A stretch of DNA of 46,554 nt. It comes from a bacterium (lineage in GTDB: Bacteria; JAMCPX01). The translations under genes and the position numbers were made by a program. Shown here in pieces: positions 36,262-43,237 of this stretch. The first letter of the stretch is position 1; every line of letters starts with the position of its first letter. The DNA lies in the NCBI GenBank assembly GCA_021787655.1, contig JAJYLM010000001.1, positions 1 through 46,554 of the forward strand, in the 5' to 3' direction. The notes beneath the pieces are model-generated. The model made no database searches, had not been told where the DNA came from, and was given only the letters and a program-made list of their open reading frames with translations.

Positions 36262-36669
36262 ATGGTTGGGATTGTTGTTGTTGCACACGGCCAGTTTGCC
36301 AGCGAGATGGTTGCAACTACCGAGTTTATCGTCGGGAAAAAAGAGTACATCACCTCTGTCATGACAGATCCGACGAAGCCTGTGGAAACACTTCGGGACG
36401 GCATTGCCAATGCAATCAAAAAGGTCGATAAGGGCGACGGTGTCCTCATTTTGACGGATATGTTCGGCGGTACCCCGTCGAATATCAGCCTCTCGTTTCT
36501 CAGCGACGGGCTCGTCGAGGTACTCGCGGGCGTCAATCTGCCGATGCTGATTAAGCTCGCGTCCATGGACACGAAGATGCCGATAAAAGAGCTCGCCAAT
36601 ATGATCAAGGAATACGGCAGGAAGAACATTATTCTTGCCGATGATGTCTTGAACAAAACAGGGACATGA
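36262..36669 (+). CDS. PTS EIIA component, mannose/fructose family
   Basis: 135 aa. MVGIVVVAHGQFASEM carries the phospho-His at position 10, and DMFGGTPSN is present. AGGAG lies upstream of the start. Confidence 0.85.
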   Translation: MVGIVVVAHGQFASEMVATTEFIVGKKEYITSVMTDPTKPVETLRDGIANAIKKVDKGDGVLILTDMFGGTPSNISLSFLSDGLVEVLAGVNLPMLIKLASMDTKMPIKELANMIKEYGRKNIILADDVLNKTGT

Positions 36670-36935
36670 AGGAAGGCAGGTTCCTCATCAGCAACAACCT
36701 CGGCTTCCATGCCCGGGCAGCAGCGCAGTTTGTCAAGCTTGCAAACGCGTATGAATGCGAGATTTACGTGTACAAAAACGGGGAACGGGCGAACGGCAAG
36801 AGTATTTTGGGGCTCCTCACGCTCGCTGCAGCAAAAGGAACAACATTACAGATCAGAGCAGACGGTAAGGACGAGGAAACGGCACTTTCAGCCCTGCAGC
36901 AGCTCATAGAAAATAAATTCGGGGAAGACCGATGA
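36666..36935 (+). CDS. ptsH: phosphocarrier protein HPr
   Basis: 89 aa with the His-15 motif LGFHARAA and the Ser-46 motif GKSILGLL. It has ATGA overlaps on both sides. Confidence 0.92.
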   Translation: MKEGRFLISNNLGFHARAAAQFVKLANAYECEIYVYKNGERANGKSILGLLTLAAAKGTTLQIRADGKDEETALSALQQLIENKFGEDR

Positions 36936-38656
36936 CAACCTATTTGAAAGGGATAGCGGTATCCCCGGGCTGGGCCATGGGCAAAGCCATCATGCCCATC
37001 AGCTCGGTGTTCGATATAGCCCGCTACCACGTAGCCTTCGACCTGATACCGATGGAAATCAACCGGTTCCTGACGGCCATCGAGAAATCCAAAGCTGAAA
37101 TCAAGGACATCTCGGAAAAAATAGACCCGGTTTCCGGCAAAGAGGCACGCCTTATCCTCGACATGCACATGATGATCCTCGAAGATAAATCGTTCATAGA
37201 AAATGTCATCGTCAGGATACGGGATAATGCCATGAACACGGAATGGGCATTAACAGAGGTTCTGAGCACCATAGAAAAGACCTTCGACCGGATTGAAGAC
37301 GAATATATCAAGGAACGAAAGTTCGATGTCGCACACGAAGGACAAAGGATCCTGAAAAATCTTTCCGGGCAGGAAAACCGCGAAGAGCTGGAGGAACCCG
37401 GTATTATCGTGCTGTCCAGTTTTGCTATGTCGAACACCCCGTACCTTATGAAGGACAATGTTATCGGCCTCGCACTCGAGACCGGGGGTGTCGTATCGCA
37501 TCCGGCGATCATAGCGCGCTCACTCGGCATTCCGGCCGTCGCCGGCATTAAGAACCTTGCAAGCAAACTGCGGGACGGACAAAACGTTTTGATCGACGGT
37601 GACAACGGCATCCTGATCGTGGAACCGGAACTCGAAATCATCAGCAAATATCAGGACACCAGGACGTCCAGAAAAGATGAAGAAAGGACATCCGGAACAC
37701 GCAGCGCTACGACAACGAAGGACGGTGCCGTCATCAAGATCATGGCGAACATAGAATTTCTGGAGGAAGCTGAGGATGCATTCAATGCAGGTGCAGAAGG
37801 CATCGGACTCGTCCGAACGGAGTACCTCTACACGCGCAGGCGGGAACTTCCCTCGGAAGACACCAGCTTTACGCACTACTCCACCATGGCAAAGCTGTTT
37901 GCCGGAGCCCCGGTGATCATACGGACCCTCGATATAGGGGGCGACAAGCTGTTCTCCGCGCTCTTCAAAAAATCGGAAAACCCTGCACTGGGATTACGCG
38001 GCATCAGGGTATGCCTGAAAGAAGAGTCCCTCTTCAGAACCCAGCTCCGTGCAATCCTCAGGGCGAGTGCGCTGGGTGAAATCGGGATATTGCTCCCTAT
38101 GGTTTCTTCGGCCGCAGAAATCCTTGCGGCAAAAAAGATCATCAGCGAGGAGCGGGAGAACCTGAGCCGCGCGGGCGTTGCAACAGGCGCGACCAAACTC
38201 GGTGCGCTGATAGAAACGCCGGCCGCCGCGATGATTGTGGACACCCTTGCCGGCGCCCTCGATTTCATAAGCATCGGAACCAATGACCTCATCCAGTATA
38301 CCCTGGCCATCGACCGGGGCGATGAAGACGTTTCCTACCTCTACCAGCCGCTTCATCCGGCTGTACTCCGCCTCTTGCTGCTCATAGCAGAACAGGCACA
38401 GGCGAAGAACATCCCGGCACAGATTTGCGGAGAAATGGCAAGTGTACCGCTCTATCTCCCGGTTTTAATAGGTATGGGGTTTTCCGAACTCAGCATGAAT
38501 GTGGGAATCATGAACCGCGCAAAACGTTTTATCTCCAGGATTAACAGAACCAGTGCACATGCCTTCGTCCTTGATGCGGTCAAACTCAAGTCCGCTGAAG
38601 AGGTTGAACAATCGATTGTGAACACCTATTCTCGGGAGCTCAAGGATGAAGCTTGA
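36932..38656 (+). CDS. ptsI: phosphoenolpyruvate-protein phosphotransferase (PTS enzyme I)
   Basis: 574 aa with GGVVSHPAIIARSLGIPAV (phospho-His), IGTNDLIQYTLA and CGEMA. Confidence 0.95.
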   Translation: MTTYLKGIAVSPGWAMGKAIMPISSVFDIARYHVAFDLIPMEINRFLTAIEKSKAEIKDISEKIDPVSGKEARLILDMHMMILEDKSFIENVIVRIRDNAMNTEWALTEVLSTIEKTFDRIEDEYIKERKFDVAHEGQRILKNLSGQENREELEEPGIIVLSSFAMSNTPYLMKDNVIGLALETGGVVSHPAIIARSLGIPAVAGIKNLASKLRDGQNVLIDGDNGILIVEPELEIISKYQDTRTSRKDEERTSGTRSATTTKDGAVIKIMANIEFLEEAEDAFNAGAEGIGLVRTEYLYTRRRELPSEDTSFTHYSTMAKLFAGAPVIIRTLDIGGDKLFSALFKKSENPALGLRGIRVCLKEESLFRTQLRAILRASALGEIGILLPMVSSAAEILAAKKIISEERENLSRAGVATGATKLGALIETPAAAMIVDTLAGALDFISIGTNDLIQYTLAIDRGDEDVSYLYQPLHPAVLRLLLLIAEQAQAKNIPAQICGEMASVPLYLPVLIGMGFSELSMNVGIMNRAKRFISRINRTSAHAFVLDAVKLKSAEEVEQSIVNTYSRELKDEA

Positions 38657-39065
38657 TCATATAGCAATCGTGGTCCGCGATATGGACGAGGCGATAGCGA
38701 CCTACAGCAGTAAGCTCGGGTTCACCGTATCGTCCCGGCAGCAGGTAGCATCGGAGAATGTCGAAATAGCCGTCCTGTCCGTTGACAATACACAGATCGA
38801 ACTGCTCAGACCTCTTGAGAGCAGCAGCGGTGTCGCAAAATTCCTCGCAAAAAAAGGGGAGGGACTTCACCACCTCTGCTTCGAAGTCGACGATTTAGAC
38901 ACCCTGATACAATCACTTCTCTCCTCAGGCATAAACCTGATCGATACAAAACCGCGTACCGGCTACAAGGGCAACAGGGCGGTATTCCTCCACCCGGCAT
39001 CTGCACACGGTGTACTGATTGAATTTTACGAAAAGCAGGAGATTACCACTCCCGGTTCAACGTAA
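38646..39065 (+). CDS. mce: methylmalonyl-CoA epimerase / VOC (glyoxalase) family protein
   Basis: 139 aa with MKLDHIAIVV.D.D.A...Y...LG, GEGLHHLCFEV.D and HP....GVLIEF. Confidence 0.8.
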   Translation: MKLDHIAIVVRDMDEAIATYSSKLGFTVSSRQQVASENVEIAVLSVDNTQIELLRPLESSSGVAKFLAKKGEGLHHLCFEVDDLDTLIQSLLSSGINLIDTKPRTGYKGNRAVFLHPASAHGVLIEFYEKQEITTPGST

Positions 39066-39414
39066 TAACCAGGTCGGTCAGTTCTCTGATGTTGAATGGC
39101 TTGGTGAATATTTTGGCTACCTTCATGGTACCGATCTCTTTCTCGACATGGCTCAACGGGAGCGACGTCATCAGGATGACATCATACGTATCCGGGGCAG
39201 CCGTTGACATTAGTTTTCTGACGCCTTCAGGGGTGACGACCTCCAGATCGAGGATAAAGATGCACGGTCTCCTTTTCGCTGAACCTTGCAGATCCTTCAA
39301 TGCATCCTGCAGACTGGCGTATGACCGGACCGGACTCGAAGAATCGGGCAGCAGCTTCATGAATGACAGGTTGATAAGTTCACAGTCATCTATAATGACA
39401 ATATCCTTTTTCAT
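39043..39414 (-). CDS. single-domain response regulator (receiver only)
   Basis: 123 aa. The acidic pair is IIDD, the phospho-acceptor context is IFILDLEV, and LMTS and KPF are conserved. There is no output domain. Confidence 0.8.
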   Translation of the reverse strand: MKKDIVIIDDCELINLSFMKLLPDSSSPVRSYASLQDALKDLQGSAKRRPCIFILDLEVVTPEGVRKLMSTAAPDTYDVILMTSLPLSHVEKEIGTMKVAKIFTKPFNIRELTDLVITLNREW

Positions 39415-39429
39415 ATCTGCCCATGATTA

Positions 39430-39445
39430 TGCAAACATCATGCCA
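39430..39445 (-). promoter_or_regulatory. sigma-54 (-24/-12) promoter candidate upstream of the receiver-only response regulator
   Basis: The minus strand reads TGGCATGATGTTTGCA. This matches TGGCA(C/T)-N5-TTGC(A/T) with canonical GG-to-GC spacing. It is intergenic and points at the ATG at 39414. Caveat: the predicted transcription start is only about 5 nt before the ATG. Confidence 0.5.
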
Positions 39446-39458
39446 GAATCGGCTTTTC

Positions 39459-39482
39459 TGAAGGTATTTTTGAAGGTATTTT
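39459..39482. repeat. perfect 12-bp tandem direct repeat (TGAAGGTATTTT x2, followed by a degenerate partial third copy)
   Basis: Read directly: 39459-39470 is identical to 39471-39482. It lies 14 nt upstream of the sigma-54 -24 element. Confidence 0.9.
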
Positions 39483-39487
39483 TGGTT

Positions 39488-39619
39488 TTAAGCGCGTTTT
39501 CTGTTGTAAAGTTTGACCAGAACGACAATGAGCAGGAACACACCGAGTGAGAACAGCCCATCGCCCGCAGTAAAACCGTACAACCCGGAATATTGAAGTA
39601 TGTGGTTCAAGAGTGCCAT
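39488..39619 (-). CDS. possible 43-aa single-pass membrane peptide
   Basis: My own translation, below the track cut-off: MALLNHILQYSGLYGFTAGDGLFSLGVFLLIVVLVKLYNRKRA. It has one hydrophobic helix and a basic tail. AGGGA lies 10 nt upstream of the ATG, and a TTGCAT-17-TATAGA promoter-like element lies further upstream. There is no homology support. Confidence 0.3.
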   Translation of the reverse strand: MALLNHILQYSGLYGFTAGDGLFSLGVFLLIVVLVKLYNRKRA

Positions 39620-39724
39620 CTTACATAAGTCCCTGTTCTTTCTATAGAGCCTTTTCCTTGCTTATGCAATACATTTGTCACATGAACTGCACCAACTATG
39701 GACAGCACGCAAAAAATGATCTAA

Positions 39725-40291
39725 GTGGATTTTATGAAGATGAATGAATTCCTGTCGCTGTACAGAATAAAGCTGGGTTTTGTTTTTGCGCTCTTGTTTC
39801 TTGTCATGGCAAAGCCCACGGTTATAGGTATGACCATCGGCATTCCGATCGGCATCATGGGTCTCCTCATACGCCTGTGGGCATCGGGACATATAAAGAA
39901 AAACAAGGAACTGTCTGTGGAGGGTCCCTATTCGTACTCCCGCAATCCGCTGTATCTCGGCAGTTTCTTTGCAGGTCTCGGGGCGGCCATCATGGGGAGC
40001 TGCCTTATCTTCCTGGTCATCTTTCTTGCCGGATTCTACCTCGTCTACGCCGCCGTCATCAAGGAGGAAGAGAAACGTCTCGTTGAACTGTTCGGAGAAT
40101 CGTTTCTCGACTATAAATCGAAAGTCCCCGCATTCTTCCCCCTCCTCAAGCCGGTCAGGGTATCAAAGGATTTCGACCTCAGGCTCGTGGTTAAACACGA
40201 AGAGTACAATGCGTGGCTTGGATTTGCTGCAACTATTATCCTCTTATATCTGAAATATCATTTTCATTTATTCTCACTATGTCCACTCTGA
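39725..40291 (+). CDS. isoprenylcysteine carboxyl / phospholipid methyltransferase-family membrane protein
   Basis: 188 aa and multi-pass. GPYSYSRNPLYLGSFF...EE..L...FG..F..Y...VP is the ICMT/PEMT signature. The start is ambiguous: GTG at 39725, or ATG at 39734 or 39740. Confidence 0.8.
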   Translation: MDFMKMNEFLSLYRIKLGFVFALLFLVMAKPTVIGMTIGIPIGIMGLLIRLWASGHIKKNKELSVEGPYSYSRNPLYLGSFFAGLGAAIMGSCLIFLVIFLAGFYLVYAAVIKEEEKRLVELFGESFLDYKSKVPAFFPLLKPVRVSKDFDLRLVVKHEEYNAWLGFAATIILLYLKYHFHLFSLCPL

Positions 40292-41757
40292 AAAAGCGTA
40301 CACTGGCATATGCCGTTATAGCGGTTTCGTTCCTGTTCAATCTTTATTACATAAAGACGACACACCTGCTCCTTTCACCCGATGAGGCGTACTACTGGGA
40401 CTGGGCACGGCACCCTGAACTGAGTTACCTCGACATGGGACCGATGATCTCGTGGATCAACATGCTGATGGTTCACCTGTTCGGATCCACGGCGTTTGCA
40501 GTTCGTATGGGAGCAAATATTATTTCCGCCATCACGGCGATCGTGTTCTTTGAAACGGGCAGACGCTTTTTTTCACCGACCACGGGTCTGCTCGCCACCC
40601 TGCTGTACGAACTCAATCCGCTCGTATCAGCGGGGGCATTCATCGAAACATACTATGGCCCCCAGATTATGTTCATGGTCTTCCTGCTGTTCCTGCTGTT
40701 TGATCTCAATGAAACCCAGCGGCCGAGGCTGTGGTATTTCATCGGTTTCGTCCTCGGCCTCGGGATCCTGAGCCATCATATGTTTTTCTTTTTCAGCCTC
40801 GAGGTCGTACTGTTCGTCCTTCTTTCGAACAAAAACAGGCACTGGCTGTCCAGTAAAGAGCCGTACCTCGGCGCGGTGATAACCGTTCTCACCGCAAGCC
40901 CGGTGTTTCTGTGGAACCTCATGCACGGCATGGGCATGTTCAAGCGGGCATTGTCGCTGATGCCGTCCCACTTCAATCCGTGGTTCGTTTTTGCCAACTT
41001 CTTTTTCGGAAACATGGGACTCGAGACACCGTTCGTCTTCATTCTCCTGCTGTACACCATGTTCTATTCGATACGCCGGGGACTGATCCAGCACGATGAG
41101 CGGTTCAATGTCATCCTGGCAACATCCCTGCCGACATTTGCGTTCATTACCTTCCTTGCGTTCAGAGGCAGGGCCGAGGTCAACTGGCCGGCAGCCGGCT
41201 TTATTGCGCCGATGATCGGAGGAGTTTACCTGCTCGAAGAGTCGTACAACCGCGGGTTTAAAAAGTTTACTGCGACGGCATTTTTCCTCATGTTCATGAC
41301 AATGCTTCCTGTCCTCTACTTCGAGCATTACCCCGGGTGGGTGTTCACGAGGTTCAACATTCCACCCAAAAATCAATTTACTGCCAGGCTCAGGGGCTGG
41401 AAGCGGCTTGCGCAGGAGGTAGAACGGCATACCAAACCCGGGGAGATCGTTGGTGCAACGGATTACGGGGTTACCGCAGAGCTTGCCTTTTACCTGAACG
41501 GTCAGCCGCAGGTCTACTACCTGCCCACGGACGCAGCATCGAAAAACGCCTACTGGTATTTCCAGAACCGTTCGCTCCTCGCCGGAAAAAACATCGTCAT
41601 CGTCGACCGGGGCGACGGTACGCTGAATTCGGTGACCAATTCGCTGTTTCAGCGGGTCCGGAAACTGGCTGTCGTCAAACTCACCGACACGTCGGACGGG
41701 ATAACGTGGAAACGTTTTACAATATACAAGGGATATGATTATAACGGAAAAGAATGA
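40279..41757 (+). CDS. GT39-family (ArnT/PMT-like) polyprenyl-phosphate-sugar-dependent glycosyltransferase
   Basis: I chose the ATG at 40279 (MSTLKKRTLAYAVIAVSF...). SPDEAYYWDWARHPELSYLDMGPM is the first periplasmic-loop motif of ArnT/PMT_2 enzymes. There are more than 10 TM segments and a soluble C-terminal domain. Confidence 0.85.
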   Translation: MSTLKKRTLAYAVIAVSFLFNLYYIKTTHLLLSPDEAYYWDWARHPELSYLDMGPMISWINMLMVHLFGSTAFAVRMGANIISAITAIVFFETGRRFFSPTTGLLATLLYELNPLVSAGAFIETYYGPQIMFMVFLLFLLFDLNETQRPRLWYFIGFVLGLGILSHHMFFFFSLEVVLFVLLSNKNRHWLSSKEPYLGAVITVLTASPVFLWNLMHGMGMFKRALSLMPSHFNPWFVFANFFFGNMGLETPFVFILLLYTMFYSIRRGLIQHDERFNVILATSLPTFAFITFLAFRGRAEVNWPAAGFIAPMIGGVYLLEESYNRGFKKFTATAFFLMFMTMLPVLYFEHYPGWVFTRFNIPPKNQFTARLRGWKRLAQEVERHTKPGEIVGATDYGVTAELAFYLNGQPQVYYLPTDAASKNAYWYFQNRSLLAGKNIVIVDRGDGTLNSVTNSLFQRVRKLAVVKLTDTSDGITWKRFTIYKGYDYNGKE

Positions 41758-42341
41758 CGGATGAAATAACTCTCATAAAAGAGGAACTGAAGGCAAGCGC
41801 CGAACTGAAGCTCAGGCTCATCGACACGCACACCGCACTGATCCAGAAAACGGCGGATATCATTTACCAGGCAGTCACCAGGGGTTCCACGCTTTTTTTG
41901 TTCGGGAACGGGGGCTCTGCAGCAGACGCCCAGCACATAGCTGCTGAATTCATCAACAGGTTCAGGATAGAACGCCGTCCACTGCCGGCCATAGCACTCT
42001 CGACGGATACCTCGGTGCTCACCAGTATCGGCAATGATTATTCATTCGACGATATCTTTTCAAAACAGATAACAGCGCTCGGAAAAGCAGGCGACATTGC
42101 TTTGGGCATCTCCACATCGGGAAACTCGCCCAATATCCTGAACGCATTCGGAGCGGCACGGGATAACGGCATGTTTACCATCGGCCTGCTCGGCAAGGAT
42201 GGCGGCAAGGCACGCTCCCTGGTTGACCTCGCAATCATCATCGATCACCCGGACACGCCGCGTATCCAGGAGGCCCATATCACCATCGGGCACATTCTCT
42301 GTTCCCTCATTGATGGCAGGATCAAGAGCCGGCAGGTATGA
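41754..42341 (+). CDS. gmhA: D-sedoheptulose-7-phosphate isomerase (SIS domain)
   Basis: 195 aa with LFGNGGSAADAQHIAAEF..R, ISTSGNS.N and the HP....RIQE.H motif. Confidence 0.88.
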   Translation: MTDEITLIKEELKASAELKLRLIDTHTALIQKTADIIYQAVTRGSTLFLFGNGGSAADAQHIAAEFINRFRIERRPLPAIALSTDTSVLTSIGNDYSFDDIFSKQITALGKAGDIALGISTSGNSPNILNAFGAARDNGMFTIGLLGKDGGKARSLVDLAIIIDHPDTPRIQEAHITIGHILCSLIDGRIKSRQV

Positions 42342-43225
42342 ACGTCTTCGTCGCAGGCGGAACAGGGTACATCGGGAACCAGATCATCGAACAGCTTCTC
42401 AAGGACGGTTACAGCGTCCGGACGCTCGTCCGCAAAGGGTCCGGGCAAAAACTCCGCAGCACGTCCGCAAAAACGATCCAGGGTGACCTGACGGATCCTG
42501 CTCTGGTTGCTGCGGCACTCGAAGGGTGTTCTGCTGTCGTCTATTGTATCGGACTGCTCCGTGAATTTCCCTCACAGGGCATTTCCTTCGAAACGGCTCA
42601 TGTAACCGGCGTCCGGAGTCTCGCCGAGAAAGCCCTGCGCGCCGGGATCAAGAGATGGATCCACATCAGTGCAAACGGCGTACGTCCGGATACCCCGGAC
42701 GGCTATCGGAGGACAAAATACAGGGCAGAAGAGTTTATCAAGGTTCAGGACCTCGACTATACAATTCTCAGGCCTTCTGTGGTCTTCGGTGGAGAAACAG
42801 ACGGCACGGTCAATTTCGTAACAGCCGTCAGGGACATCATCGGGTCAATACCGCTGGTCGTTCCAGTCATCGGAAGCGGTTCCTACCTCATGCAGCCGGT
42901 CCATACTGTCGATCTCGCGACGGCCGTCTCTGCAATCATAGATATGCGGTCAACGTTTAAGAAAACATACAGCGTTTGCGGTAAACAGAGCATCTCGTAC
43001 AACAGCATCGTTGACCGGGTCACGCACATGTATAACCTGAAGAAAAAGATTAAGATCCATATTCCTGTCGTCTTTATCAGGACTCTGGCGGCGCTCTTCC
43101 AGCAGTTTAAAGCGTTCCCGGTAACCGTTGAACAGATCGATATGCTCGTCAACGGCAACACCTGCACCGATACGTCGCTGTTTGACGAGCTTGGCATGAC
43201 CCCGCAGAGCTTCTCCGGCCTCTGA
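42338..43225 (+). CDS. NAD(P)H-binding atypical SDR (NmrA/NDUFA9-like epimerase/dehydratase family)
   Basis: 295 aa. MNVFVAGGTGYIGNQI..QLL..GY.VR.LVR is a Rossmann motif, and Y...K (YRRTKY) is present. Confidence 0.8.
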   Translation: MNVFVAGGTGYIGNQIIEQLLKDGYSVRTLVRKGSGQKLRSTSAKTIQGDLTDPALVAAALEGCSAVVYCIGLLREFPSQGISFETAHVTGVRSLAEKALRAGIKRWIHISANGVRPDTPDGYRRTKYRAEEFIKVQDLDYTILRPSVVFGGETDGTVNFVTAVRDIIGSIPLVVPVIGSGSYLMQPVHTVDLATAVSAIIDMRSTFKKTYSVCGKQSISYNSIVDRVTHMYNLKKKIKIHIPVVFIRTLAALFQQFKAFPVTVEQIDMLVNGNTCTDTSLFDELGMTPQSFSGL

Positions 43226-43237
43226 GGTCCGGGAACC

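Noticed and set aside
40627-41430. 267-aa ORF on the minus strand
   Set aside because: It is antisense to the GT39 glycosyltransferase gene. The composition is highly charged and His/Glu/Arg/Pro-rich, typical of the reverse frame of a membrane-protein gene. No domain is recognisable.
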